Below, piece after piece: positions 1 through 13,113 of a DNA stretch of 64,000 bases. How positions within the stretch are numbered: the stretch's first letter is position 1; each line of letters starts with the position of its first letter. Made by a program: the position numbers and the translations under genes. This stretch comes from Macrostomum lignano. Taxonomy: Eukaryota. The stretch covers positions 39,157 through 103,156 of the forward strand of contig NIVC01003345.1 in NCBI GenBank assembly GCA_002269645.1. The letters run 5' to 3'. The notes under the pieces were generated by a model. The model was not told where the DNA came from. It worked only from the letters and a program-made list of their open reading frames with translations, and searched no databases.

Positions 1-505
1 TAGATTGGGGCGGATTTAGGTAGATTGGGGCGGATTTAGGTAGATTGGGGCGGATTTAGGTAGATTGGGGCGGATTTAGGTAGATTGTAGCAAATTTAGG
101 TAGATTGGGGCGGATTTAGGTAGATTGGGGCGGATTTAGGTAGATTGGGGCAAATTTAGGTAGATTGGGGCGGATTTAGGTAGATTGGGGCGGATTTAGG
201 TAGATTGGGGCGGATTTAGGTAGATTGGGGCGGATTTAGGTAGATTGGGCGGATTTAGGTAGATTGGGGTGGATTTAGGTAGATTGGGGCGGATTTAGGT
301 AGATTGGAGCAGATTTAGGTAGATTGAGGCGGATTTGAGTAGATTGGGGTGGATTTAAGTAGATTGGGGAGAATTTAGGTAGATTGGAGCAGATTTAGGT
401 AGATTGGAGCAGATTTAGGTAGATTGGTGCGGATTTAGGTAGATTGGAGCATATTTAGGTAGATTGGGGCGGATTTGAGTAGATTGGGGCGGATTTGAGT
501 AGATT
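1..505. repeat. 20-bp minisatellite (TAGATTGGGGCGGATTTAGG)n, truncated by the window edge; intronic in the nAChR gene
   Basis: Directly visible tandem copies that decay toward 505. Confidence 0.95.
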
Positions 506-624
506 TAACTGTAATGATTAGATACGAACTCCAATTTCAGATTGGTATTGAAACAATGGCTCCACGATGCTCTCAAAGACAGGAATAAAAAGCTTCAATA
601 AACAGCGATGAGCTGAGCTCTCAC

Positions 625-3600
625 CAATGAGCGGAACGAATTCGCTAGTGGCTGGCATGTTCTCAGCAATGAGCAGCATGAACACTGAGAAGGCCAGCAG
701 CACCGTGATGCCCAGGGTGATCTTCTCGCCCGAATCCGGCGGCAGCCAGAATCCCAGCAGGCTGAGAACGGTGAGCCACAGGCAGGGAAAGATGATGTTG
801 AACAGGTAGTAAAGGGTTCGGCGTCTGATCACGATGTGGAACTTGATGTCCGGGTAGGGTACCGGACTGATTGGGTAGATGGTCTGCGGGTTGAGCATGG
901 CGCACATTATTGCGAGGGTGGTACACTTGGGAGAGAGATGAAATGCCAAGATAGGGTGGAGGCTCAGAGTGTACATCCGGGGGAGAGAGATGAAATGCCA
1001 AGATAGGGTGGAGTGCTCAGAGTGTACATCCGGGGGAGAGAGATGAAATGCGAAGATAAGGTGGAGGCTCAGAGTGTACATTCGGGGAGAGAGATGAAAT
1101 GCGAAGATAGGGTGGAGGGCTCAGAGTGTACATCCGGGGGAGAGAGATGAAATGCCAAGATAGGGTGGAGTGCTCAGAGTGTACATTCGGGGAGAGAGAT
1201 GAAATGCGAAGATAAGGTGGAGGGCTCAGAGTGTACGTTCGGGAGAGAGATGAAATGCGAAGATAGGGTGGAGGCTCAGAGTGTACGTTCGGGAGAGAGA
1301 GATGAAATGCCAAGATAGGGTGTAGGGCTCAGAGTGTACATTCGGGGAGAGAGATGAAATGCGAAGATAGGGTGGAGGCTCAGAGTGTACATTCGGGAGA
1401 GAGAGATGAAATGCCAAGATAGGGTGTAGGGCTCAGAGTGTACATTCGGGGAGAGAGATAAAATGCCAAGATAGGGTGGAGGGCTCAGAGTGTACATCCG
1501 GGGGAGAGAGATGAAATGCGAAGATAGGGTGGAGGGCTCAGAGTGTACATCCGGGGGAGAGAGATAAATTGCCAAGAAAAGGTGGAGGGCTCAGAGTGTA
1601 CGTTCGGGAGAGAGATGAAATGCCAAGATAGGGTGGAGGCTCAGAGTGTACGTTCGGGAGAGACACTTGCCCGTGCAAACGCATTGTTATTATTAGAAAC
1701 TTAAAAATCAAAAGTTGATTGTTTCAAAAAGTTGATCAACCTATAGAACTTGGAGACTAACACAATTATTTTATCATTAATTAATAGTCTCACCTCCTGT
1801 CGCTCCACATCGATTCTAATCAGATTCCACTCTCCACTTTGAACATAATTTTGAAAGTCAACCTCATCCCGCCTGAAATTTTAGTTTTCGCGATTTACTC
1901 TGAGTAGCATGAATTGAGTTTTTCGTCTTTCCAATTGAAAAAGGCTAAAAAATCTTCTCACTTCTTGGTGATGTTAACTTGAAATCCGTCGTAGGTCCAC
2001 GAGCCGAATTTCATCGTGCACACCTGGTCGTCGAATGGGAAATAAGTGATGTCGATTTTGCAGGTCGATCTGAGCTTGGCCGGCGGCGGCCAGAACACGG
2101 TGCCGTTGGCATCGACCATCGCCTTGCTCTGCATGTAGCCCGTGGTGAAGTCATCGGCGCTAAAAAAAGTAAAAAAAATTGTAATTAAAATTCAGTAAAT
2201 TGTCAAATCAGAAATTTTTTAAGCGATTTAAATCTTTTTCCGGCACTTTTACAAAAAACGGCAACAAAATGCTCAACTTGTCTACTAATAGTCAGTAGCA
2301 AAACTCGGACAGGCTCACCTATTATAAAGTACAATATCGGGCAGCCAAATCTTCTGACAGGGAATGCGCAAGATTTCCAATCCGTTGTACTCCTTGGGAT
2401 CCCAGTGGAGTCGCTCGTCGTGCCATTCCTAGAAATAGGAGGGAATCGGGGCTGCTCGCGATCGCTGCTAAACTGTTTAGCATAATTGTCCTAGAAATGC
2501 TATCCAGGCTTGTCAGCTAAGATCTAATTTGAATAGAATTTCATTTGCAAAATCTTGAGTCTGTTGAAATACAAACTCTGTTCTACAATGCAAGGATCAC
2601 TAGTAGTCCTTGATGGGGCAGGCTTGATATTGGTTTGACAACTTTGTCAACCGGAATCTTCACCAGCCCGAATCTTCACTAATCTGAATTTCACCAACCC
2701 AAATCTTCATCAACCCGAATTTTCACCAACCCGAATCGTCACCAACCCGAATCTTCACCAACCCGAATCTTCACCAACCCAAATCTTCAATAACCTGAAT
2801 CTTCACCAACCCGAACCTTCACTAATCCGAATCTTTACAAACCCGAATCTTCACCAACCCAAATCTTCAATCCGAACCTTCACTAACCCGAATCTTCACC
2901 AACCCGAATCTTCACCAACCCAAATCTTCAATAACCCGAACCTTCACTAATCCGAATCTTTACAAACCCGAATCTTCACCAACCCGAATCTTCAATAACC
3001 TGAATCTTCACCAACCCGAACCTTCACTAATCCGAATCTTTACAAACCCGAATCTTCACCAACCCGAATCTTCAATCCGAATATTCACTAATCCGAATCT
3101 TCACCAATCCGAATCTTTACTGACTAGAATCTTCACATACCCGAATCTTCACCAACCTGAATAAGCAGATTTTTACTATCCTATCCTTAAAGTCTTCTAA
3201 CATCCTTTCGTACAAACCCGGCCATCGGATGCCGATAAAAAATCCCCAAAAAGTTTTACACTGCCAATCCCAAGTAGGTGGGAACGCAGGCAGTTGCCGT
3301 TGCGAGTCATAAACGAAAGTTATCGTTTATTTCAACACTCGACACCTGTCAAGATATTGGCAGTTAAGCCAAGTGCAGCTGCACAGATATTTTTTCAATG
3401 CAGACACGGAGACTGTAAATGCCTGACGATTAGAAAGTCAAAGTACACCCAGTGTGAGCATGTGTTTGAGTGCTGTGCCTGAGTACAGTATTGGCTCACT
3501 TGCATGCGCTCAGGAGCTAGCGGATAGATCCCAGGAAAACAAGCACAGCTAGACTCACCTGCTCCAGCCAGACATTGGTAGTCAGCACTTGGTTAACCTC

Positions 3601-6600
3601 ATCCTGAAAGTTAATCATTTTTTCGTAAAGGATTCAGACAACTAGAAGACTATCAGAAGACAGTAAAAGCCAGGATTCAGTCACGACTATCCCTATGATT
3701 TCCCAGAAGACTTGATGCGGATGAAAAAATTCTTTTAATCTTTTAATCCTGAATTCTTTGATCTATCTTTCGAGACTAAATTAGCTACTGTACATGTGAA
3801 TGCGGAGACTGCGAGGAATACCATGGACTCTTAATTATACTTGTAAATCTGGATTGGAAACTTTTATGATTCATTTAAAAGATTGGAAAACTGAATTTAG
3901 CAGACATGAGATGCAGAAGGAGATGCAGATGGAGATGCAGAGGGAGATAAAGAGGGAGACACAGGAGATGCAGAAGGAGATGCAGATGGAGATGCAGATG
4001 GAGATGCAGATGGAGACACAGGAGATGCAGGAGATGTAGAGGATGCGGCAGAGGGAGATTCAGAGGATGCGGCAGAGGGAGATGCAGATGGAGACAGAGA
4101 GGGAGCTACAGGAGAGGCAGATGGAGACAGAGAGGGAGCTACAGGAGAGGCAGATGGAGACAGAGAGGGAGCTACAGGAGAGGCAGATGGAGACAGAGAG
4201 GGAGCTACAGGAGAGGCAGATGGAGACAGAGGAAGGACAGCCAGACACAGTCGGTCCCCACTCCAGACCCAATATCGCAGGCCTCCATGACTGGCATCAA
4301 ATCGATTCCAGCCACTGTTGAGTCCCTCAGATTTGCTGCACGAACGGACACAACTAATTCAAGATAATAGATAAGAGGGTGAAGTGAGATTCCGCACTCA
4401 ACCCTACTCTCGCTACACTGTCACACTGCTAGGACGCTAAATTAGACACCCGTCTATCTGCCCAGATCCCCACTGAGTAAGAGATGTAGAGTGGCTTGTG
4501 AGAGGAGGCAGAATCCTCGCATTGCAATTTCAGACTCCGCCGCATCCCTACTTCATCTACTCTATCTTCCTTATCTATTCTAATAGTTTCTTGAGCTTGT
4601 TTTGCAGATAATCCAGTGGTTGCTGTTGTTGCACCGGGCATGCGGAGCCTTCTGCTCATCCGGTGTGAGGGCTGAGAGTTCGCGTCTTCAGCTCATTATT
4701 GTGAGCGCAGAAAAGACGCAGCCAAGTGGCATAATCCAGGATGACTAGCTGAGAGGCTGAATGAGAAGCTGAGGGAGATGCAGAAGAGGTAGAGGGAAAG
4801 AGGGCAGGCAGAGGGCCGGAGGGGCAGGCAGAGGGGCGGAGGGGCAGGCAGAGGGGCGGAGGGGCAGGCAGAGGGGCGGAGGGGCAGGCAGAGGGGCGGA
4901 GGGCAGGCAGAGGGGCGGAGGGCAGGCAGAGGACGGAGGGGCAGGCAGAGGGGCGGAGGGCAGGCAGAGGGGCGGAGGGGCAGGCAGAGGGGCGGAGGGC
5001 AGGCAGAGGGGCGGAGGGCAGGCAGAGGGGCGGAGGGCAGTCAGAGGGGCGGAGGGCAGGCAGAGGGGCGGAGGGCAGGCAGAGGGGCGGAGGGCAGGCA
5101 GAGGGGCGGAGGGCAGGCAGAGGGGCGGAGGGCAGGCAGAGGGGCGGAGGGCAAGCAGAGGGGCGGAGGGCAGGCAGAGGGGCGGAGGGGCAGGCAGAGG
5201 GGCGGAGGGCAGGCAGAGGGGACACTGACCATGTCTGTAATGAGGATGAGGGCGAACCCGAAGCGCACTGTGACCTGGTCGGAAGCGTTAATGACCGGCC
5301 TCACGGAGGGGTCATAGCGGATCATGAGGTTCTCCATGAGCTGCTGCTCGTCAGGTTTTTGTTTGCCCGTGCCGAGGCGCCTGTCGCCTGAAGAGCGAAT
5401 GAGCATTTCTTGTTTTTTTGTTTGATTGACAGCCGATGTAGTCTGACTGTTTTCATTGCTTATTACCTTAATTAAAAGCCGAACATTACACCTTTTGCAG
5501 CCTATTTAACACTACAGGCATATTTATTAATTATTGATTAGAAAGTTTCCAGTGAACACTGAATCCTGAGCTGCCTTAGCTGAGTACAGTGACTGAATCC
5601 TGAGCTGCCTTCTACAAAACCAGTTCCGCCCAAGCTACAAGAGAACCAATTAAGAGATTAAGGAAATTCCGCCAGGGTTTTTATGCAACCCCTGAATCCT
5701 TTATTCAATCAGCTTTTTAGTTTGATGCCCGAAAAGCAGAAATTCTGCAACTCGATGTCCAGACTCCCTGACGGCAGCGGCTTTGCCCAATGGCGATGCT
5801 CACCAACTGGGATATCTGCACCATCGCAATCTGGAACCGGACTTCCAGCGTTGCCGACGCATCAATGGTGGGCCTGGATGCCGGCTCGTAGCCCGTGAGC
5901 AGGTGGGTGAGCAGCCGCTGCTCATCTGTGACCGCGGCCGACGGCTCTGCTGTCGAACAGGCCACCAAAGAGGACTCAAGAAGGCCAGCAAACAGACAGA
6001 CTATGACGTTCAGATGTGGCATTCTTTAGCTTAGAGTGAAATTTCCCGACTTTCTTTTGCAACCTCTGTTTGTCCGCTCGTATATATAGAAGAAAATCTA
6101 TTTAGACACATGCGTGCCAAGCTGGCTACTTATATGAGTAGAAGGCACTGTCTAGAGGTCATTTTTTCTTTGAAGAGGATAAATGGGAAAAATCAATGAA
6201 TAAAATCTACGAAATCTCAAGTCCACTTGACTCGAAGCTGTAATGTTCATGTCCAAAATCACTTGGCCGATGTCTGTCTGTCTTTTCTATTTGAACTGGC
6301 TATAGAGTCTTGAAGATATGAAAGCTGAACTTGAGTCTGTCAATCATAATCTGATGGAATCACCGCTTTAGGAAATCTCCCTGCCTGATCTTCTGCAGAG
6401 CCATTCGTGACTTACTGGGGAAAATTATGGTAAGGGGGAAATGCGCACCCGAAACTGCGCATCACAAACTGCACATCACAAACTGCACATCACAAACTGC
6501 ACATCACAAACTGCACATCACAAGCTGCACGTCACAAGCTGCACATCACAAACTGCACATCTCAAACTGCATATCACAAGCTGCACATCTCAAACTGCAC

Positions 6601-7405
6601 ATCTCAAACTGCACATCTCAAACTGCATATCCCAAACTGCACATCTCAAACTGCATATCACAAGCTGCACATCTCAAACTGCACATCTCAAACTGCACAT
6701 CACAAACTGCACATCTCAAACTACACATCACAAACTGCACATCACAAACTGCATATCACAAGCTGCACATCTCAAACTACACATCACAAACTGCACATCT
6801 CAAACTGCATATCACAAGCTGCACATCTCAAACTGCACATCTCAAACTGCACATCTCAAACTGCACATCTCAAACTGCACATCTCAAACTGCACATCTCA
6901 AACTGCATATCACAAGCTGCACATCTCAAACTGCACATCTCAAACTGCACATCTCAAACTGCACATCTCAAACTGCATATCACAAACTGCATATCACAAA
7001 CTGCATATCACAAGCTGCACATCTCAAACTGCACATCTCAAACTGCACATCTCAAACTGCACATCTCAAACTGCATATCACAAACTGCACATCTCAAACT
7101 GCACATCACAAACTGCACATCACAAACTACACATCACCTAAATTTGAATATCTAAATTAAAATTTTACATTGCATTGTTTTGTTTCGACTATATAATTTA
7201 CTAAGCTATTATAGGATCTTTCTAGGAAAATACGCCTAATTTAACAGGTATAAAAGTAAGAATTTGATAAAATACATTTGAATAACTCACTAGAATTGGT
7301 AGTATCAGCAGTGGAGCAGAAGATCACATCGCAGAAAACAATAATAATGGACAAATTAATTACTAAAAGTCTAGAGAACTTATTCAAGCACCAGTGAGGT
7401 ACCAT
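625..7405 (-). CDS. Nicotinic acetylcholine receptor subunit (Cys-loop ligand-gated cation channel), non-alpha type; 3' part (M3-M4) lies left of the window
   Basis: GT-AG exons with compatible phases: 7405-7291 (signal-peptide-like [25 protein letters not shown]), 5949-5804 or 5387-5230, 3603-3559 ([15 protein letters not shown]), 2428-2319 ([21 protein letters not shown]), 2159-1962 (Cys loop [21 protein letters not shown]), 1872-1794, 883-625 (YPD..RRRTLYY, M1, [23 protein letters not shown]2). Confidence 0.93.
920..1660. repeat. ~52-53-bp intronic minisatellite (GATGAAATGCCAAGATAGGGTGGAGGCTCAGAGTGTACAT..GGGGAGAGA)
   Basis: Visible tandem copies in the intron between 1793 and 884. Confidence 0.92.
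2650..3160. repeat. 16-bp intronic minisatellite (ACCCGAATCTTCACCA)n
   Basis: Visible tandem copies. Confidence 0.92.
3900..4240. repeat. Purine-rich 12-bp and 33-bp tandem repeats (GAGATGCAGATG; ACAGGAGAGGCAGATGGAGACAGAGAGGGAGCT)
   Basis: Visible tandem copies; the overlapping ORFs are repeat artefacts. Confidence 0.9.
4800..5220. repeat. 19-20-bp G-rich minisatellite (AGAGGGGCGGAGGGCAGGC)n beginning about 10 nt inside the exon-2b donor
   Basis: Visible tandem copies. Confidence 0.93.
5230..5387 (-). CDS. nAChR exon 2b (N-terminal helix, [42 protein letters not shown])
   Basis: Acceptor ttcag|GC (phase 1), donor ATG|gtcagt (phase 0); typical nAChR alpha-1 helix and Y-x-x-x-x-RP motif. Confidence 0.88.
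5804..5949 (-). CDS. nAChR exon 2a, paralog of exon 2b ([42 protein letters not shown]); may instead be an alternative first exon from ATG 6022
   Basis: Donor TTG|gtgagc (phase 0) at the position homologous to the 2b donor; NAGNAG acceptor acag|cag| (phase 1); an in-frame upstream ATG at 6022 gives a hydrophobic leader. Confidence 0.75.
6450..7140. repeat. 14-bp intronic minisatellite (AAACTGCACATCAC/TC)n
   Basis: Visible tandem copies. Confidence 0.95.
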
Positions 7406-7934
7406 GGTGCTCAGCCTTAGGCCATTGATTGCTCCAAAAAGTCTCCAGTCAAACCTGGCATTTCGCCTTGACTCTCGGGAGCTTGTAGAGCTATAAAAAA
7501 GGATTTTTTGGTCAGCCAATCAACAGACACACTGCCCGTGCAGATTTGCGAGCTCTCTACCTTCAGTCAGTCAGTCTTATGAAATGAAAATCCAGATCTT
7601 AATCCCCCGGAAAAACCTGGGGCTAGAGGGCCAACTGGGCGCACCTGTCAGCAAGTCCCCCGGCTTCCTTGAAGTCTTGAGCTATACGGGAAGTCTTGAA
7701 TAAGTGCAACTCCTCAAGAGAAGTCTCGAACTCTCTGCTCTGAGAAAGATCCTGCTTAGTTAAGTTAGGTATTCTTCCTGAGTGTGGATTTTTGTCATGC
7801 TCTTCGTCTGAGTAATGTTTGCACACTTCTAAGCATTTCTCTTTCAGAGAAGACAGGTCATGCTATGCTACCTAAATGTACGAGTGTGAATTACAATGCA
7901 CAGGTGCATAGTTAAGAAAGCACAAAAATGCAGA

Positions 7935-8650
7935 TTTGATTGTCTATGGCTTCGAAGTGATTGTCTATGGCTCTGATAGGATTGTCTATGGCTCCGAAAT
8001 CATTGTCTATGGCTCTGATAGGATTGTCTATGGCTCCGAAATCATTGTCTATGGCTCTGATATGATTGTCTATGGCTTCGAAATGATTGTCTATGGCTCT
8101 GAAATGATTGTCTATGGCTCTGAAATGATTGTCTATGGCTCTGGTATGATTGTCTATGGCTCTGATATGATTGTCTATGGCTCTGATATGATTGTCTATG
8201 GCTCCGATATGATTGTCTATGGCTCTGATATGATTGTCTATGGCTCTGATATGATTGTCTTTGGCTCAAAAATGTCTATGGCTCTGATATGATTGTCTTT
8301 GGCTCTGATATGATTGTCTATGGCTCTGATATGATTGTCTTTGGCTCAAAAATGTCTATGGCTCTGAAATGAATGTCTACAGCTTCGAAATGATTGTCTA
8401 TGGCTCTGAAATGATTGTCTACGGCTTCGAAATGATTGTCTATGGCTCTGATATGATTGTCTATGGCTCTGATATGATTGTCTATGGCTCTGATATGATT
8501 ATGGCTTTGGAATCATTGTCTATGGCTCTGAAATGACTGTCTATGGCTCTGAAATCATTGTGTATGGCTCCGAAATCATTGTCTATGGCTCTGAAATCAT
8601 TGTGTATGGCTCCGAAATCATTGTCTATGGCTCTGAAATCATTCTCTATG
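7935..8650. repeat. 21-bp minisatellite (GATTGTCTATGGCTCTGATAT)n
   Basis: Visible tandem copies. Confidence 0.95.
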
Positions 8651-9014
8651 ACGCCGAAACAACTTTTCTCACGTTAATAATATCAAGCTTAATTTCCCAC
8701 TCGGCCAAAAACTATTTTTATAGCGACTTCGAACAGTTGAATTCAAGTGGTTCCATTTCTAATCCGCTTTCTCCCCCATTTCATCAAACCAAGTGCAGCT
8801 GAACACTCGACTCCAACCCGTTTCGAAAGGATCTAAAGCACAGCAAGCAGCGGTTAAGGCGAAAAGTACATTGAAGAAGAAGCGATGGCGGCTTTAATAG
8901 CAAAGTGCTTTCGCCCTCAGATGGACAGGTGCTATTTAATGGAAATATACGAACGTACGTTCTTTGCACTTTAGTATAATGACCGAATGTCCGCTTCTGT
9001 AATCTCGTAGTGAC

Positions 9015-9029
9015 TGTCTTTGTCTGTCC

Positions 9030-9112
<83 letters not shown>

Positions 9113-9130
9113 AGTCAGTCTGTCTGCCTG
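9015..9130. repeat. (TCTG)n microsatellite
   Basis: Visible. Confidence 0.95.
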
Positions 9131-10006
9131 CCTGCCCATCTAACTCAGGGATCACTCAGCCCAACTGTCAGCAATCAGAGCCAGTTCGGGCTGAATTCCC
9201 GGCAAAGTTTTGGCCGAGAGACTTAACGAACCGAGCACGCCACAGGCGGCCCCCAACTCCTGCTCGCTCTTGCATTTATCCCATTCTGTCGAGCCAAACT
9301 TTGCCGGTCAGCGCCCAGCTCCCCTCCCAGTCTCCCTTCATCTCTCCCCTCTTTAGCTGCAGTATTCGCCTTTGCCTTCTTGGGCTGCGCATGTCTGCCC
9401 CAGGTTGTGAGGTCTCTTGCCGCTTAACTAAGTAAGTAAGAAGTCGGAATTAAATAGTTTTATCCCATTCTCCCTCCTAAAGTAAATTGCGTTACGGCTT
9501 CTTTTCCGCCCTGTTAGCTACAGAAAAAACTAAACTAAAAGATACAAAGAAGCGCGCCTTGGACTGCTCAGAGTTGCTTTTAGAAGACAAGATTAATTAT
9601 GTATAGCGAAATGCTTTTTTTGCCTGGGTGCAAATGCATGAAATGCTTTTAGTGCGGTTGCAATTTTACTGCTGATTGCAAAATCAAAAAAGGCTTGATC
9701 TAGATGACATTGGAATTTCGGGACTGTGTTATTATTGACCTGTCGATCAGCCTCTGCTGCGGGGGTCGAGTTTTGAATGGACTGAAGGGCATCACCCGAT
9801 TAAAAAGCGTTGTAATAGTTCAACTTCATTGTCTACCAGTGTATTACATTAGCATTTTTTATCTTTCATCATTCGTTAACAGCTTCCATTGTGTACATGT
9901 ACGCTCGTATAATATCCTTCAGGGAGGGAGGTACATGAACAATGTCTGGATATTGATGTCATTATTAGCATCATCTTTCAAGAGGTACATGAACAACGTC
10001 TGGACT

Positions 10007-10634
10007 CAGGGGCGTCGCCATATGGATTTTATGGTAGAGGGACAAAGCCAAGAATTCTACATGTACATGACTAAATTCCTTCATGTACATTACTTTTACG
10101 ACGTAGAATCGATGTTGTCAGCACTTATTTTTGGCGCCGCAGGCACTCATTTTAGCGCAGCAGGCACTCATTTTAGCGCCGCAGACACTCATTTTAGCGC
10201 CACAGGCACTCATTTTAGCGCCGCAGGCACTCATTTTAGCGCAGCAGGCACTCATTTTAGCGCCGCAGGCACTCATTTTGGCGCTGCAGGCACTCATTTT
10301 AGCTCAGCAGGCACCCATTTTAGCGCCGCAGGCACTCATTTTAGCGCAGCAGGCACTCATTTTAGCGCCGCAGGCACTCATTTTAGCGCCGCAGGCACTC
10401 ATTTTAGCGCCGCAGGCACTCATTTTAGCGCCGCAGGCACTCATTTTAGCGCCGCAGGCACTCATTTTTCTACTAGTGCCGCAGGCGCTATATTTTGTCG
10501 CCCTGAAGCAAAATTATTGATTTTCATAACGGGTAACAAGGTGGGGTGGGGGGGACAAAGCATTGGCATGTCCCCCCATAGATTTTACTGGGGGGACATG
10601 TCCCACTGCCCCCCTCCCAGTGGCGACGCCCCTG
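10007..10634. mobile_element. Non-autonomous hAT-like MITE with 14-bp perfect TIRs and an internal 21-bp array (CATTTTAGCGCCGCAGGCACT)n at ~10130-10465
   Basis: CAGGGGCGTCGCCA (10007-10020) and TGGCGACGCCCCTG (10621-10634); flanking 8-mers TCTGGACT / TCTGCTCT match 6/8, consistent with a decayed 8-bp TSD. Confidence 0.7.
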
Positions 10635-11309
10635 TCTGCTCTGATGTTTGCATTCATAATGTGCTTGATATGAGCTGCAATGGTGTTATATCAGAGAAAT
10701 TCAGAATGCAAAATGCAGTAGCAGTTCATTTCTGTATTCCACACCTTTTTGAGCGGCCACAATCGCGCTTAAATAACTTATGGATTTGGAAGCAGTTCAA
10801 ATAAAAGCGCTGACTTATATAGCGCATTATTAACTGCTCAGGTTAACAGGCAAGCAGGTCGGCCGAGGTTAATTTGGTATGCAATATTTGCGGTTGGCAA
10901 ACGCATTTCATATTTTTCTTTTTATTATTTGCATGAACTGGAAAAACGATTTTGTATATATAATAATTGTTCAACCAACTATGAAAATCGGCGCAGTAAG
11001 GCATTTTAGTCAACCAGAAGCTTACGGTGCAACCCATATCTGATATAGTTATCAATATACATGCAATTTCTATATTACAAACCGACTGCTACATCATAAA
11101 TCACTCACATCGTGAGGGCGTGCCGCAATAGACTGTGGGGAAAATATTGTAATTATCTTGTCGTTTTCTGTCTCTCCACTCAAAAGCACTGCCTGCGCTT
11201 CTCTGGGCCTCTGCAATATCATTTTTGCTAATCTCGTGTCAGCGTGATATTATCTTTTTGTTTTATCAGATCAGGTCTTGCAGTTGTAACTCTATCACAT
11301 TTGAGGCTC

Positions 11310-12470
11310 ATCTACACCAAATCTAGTCCAAACACATCTAGTTTCATCTACACCACATCTAGTCTTATCTCCACCACATCTAGTCTTATCTCCATCACAT
11401 CTAGTCTCATCTACACCACGTACATCGAGTCTTATCTCTAACAAATCTAGTCTTATCTCCAGCACATCTAGTCTTATCTCCATTACATCTAGTCTTATCT
11501 CTATCACATCTAGTCTTATCTCTACCACATCTAGTCTTATCTCCATCACATCTAGTCTCATCTACACCACGTACATCGAGTCTTATCTCTACCAAATCTA
11601 GTCTTACCTCCACCACATCTAGTCTTATCTCCATTACATCTAGTCTAATCTCTATCACATCTAGTCTTATCTCTACCACATCTAGTCTCATCTACACCAA
11701 ATCTAGTCTTATCTCCAGCACATCTAGTCATCTACGCCACATCTAGTCTTATCTCCACCACATCTAGTCACATCTACACCACATCTATTCTTATCTACAT
11801 CACATCTAGTCTTATCTCTATCACATCTAGTCCTATCTCCACCACATCTAGTCTTATCACCACCATATCTAGTCTTATCACCACCATATCTAGTCTTATC
11901 TCCTTCACATCTAGTCCTATCTCCACCACATCTAGTCTTATCACCACCACATCTAGTCTTATCTCCATCATATATAGTCTTATCTCCATCACATCTAGTC
12001 TCATCTACACCATATCTAGTTTCATCTACACCACATCTAGTCTTATCTCCATTACATCTAGTCTTATCTCTATCACATCTAGTCTTATCTCTACCACATC
12101 TAGTCTCATCTACACCAAATCTAGTCTTATCTCCAGCACATCTAGTCATCTACGCCACATCTAGTCTTATCTCCACCACATCTAGTCTCATCTACACCAC
12201 ACCTATTCTTATCTACATCACATCTAGTCTTATCTCCATCACATCTAGTCCTATCTCCACCACATCTAGTCTTATCACCACCATATCTAGTCTTATCTCC
12301 ATCATATATAGTCTTATCTCCATCACATCTAGTCTCATCCTCACCACATCCAGTCTCATTCTCATCACGTCAAGTCTCGTCCCCTTCGCGCCTATTCTCA
12401 CTCCAATGACATCTACAGTTTCAACTCTAACCTACATCTAGTCTCATCTCCACCACATCTAGTCTCAGCT
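11310..12470. repeat. 21-bp minisatellite (CACATCTAGTCTTATCTCCAC)n with internal block duplications
   Basis: Visible tandem copies. Confidence 0.95.
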
Positions 12471-13113
12471 TCATCCTGTATACTAAAATCACATTTATAA
12501 TGATAGATTTCTCTGTATTACAACTAGATAGGCTGTCTCTTGTGAAGGTGGCATAAAGTACACCCTTCAATAACCGTATCAAAAGATTAAGCCAAAAAAA
12601 CACAAGCAATAAATGCTTTGAGTCAATATTCAATGCACACTTTGCTCAATCTAAAGGTAGAATATATCACATTAGATCAAGAAATGCTATGACTATATTA
12701 TTAAAAGTATAAAATGTTTATATATTAATAGTATAGCTACTAAAAGTAGACAATCACACAGGAGTATTATTGCATACAGTACATGGTGAACCCGAATGCT
12801 ACATTGCTTAAAATCTAATGGCGGTGACCTTTTAAAGGCCTTAAAAGGCTAGAAAAATGCCCTAGATATGACCACTGTTGTGATACAGAAAATGTGTAAT
12901 CTTATAACTGACTAGAAAATAGATTAATATATCATGTCAAAAACTTACTTAATAATTTGCGCAGATTTTTTAAAAACGAATGGTCAATAAAAAACAGAAC
13001 AGAGATAGAAAAAACGGCTCTTTCTACTTCAATGTCGGCTTGTGAATTTTTCTCTCTACTCTCGATGGAGGGCGAGGTAAAATGAAATCACTTCGCTTTC
13101 CAAGGATCTACAC

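Noticed and set aside
1-505. Telomere (TTAGG motif)
   Set aside because: The motif is embedded in a 20-bp unit inside an intron; not a simple telomeric array. The same applies to TTAGGG in spacer B.
9704-10804. 366-aa ORF
   Set aside because: It runs through the MITE and its 21-bp array; no domain signal.
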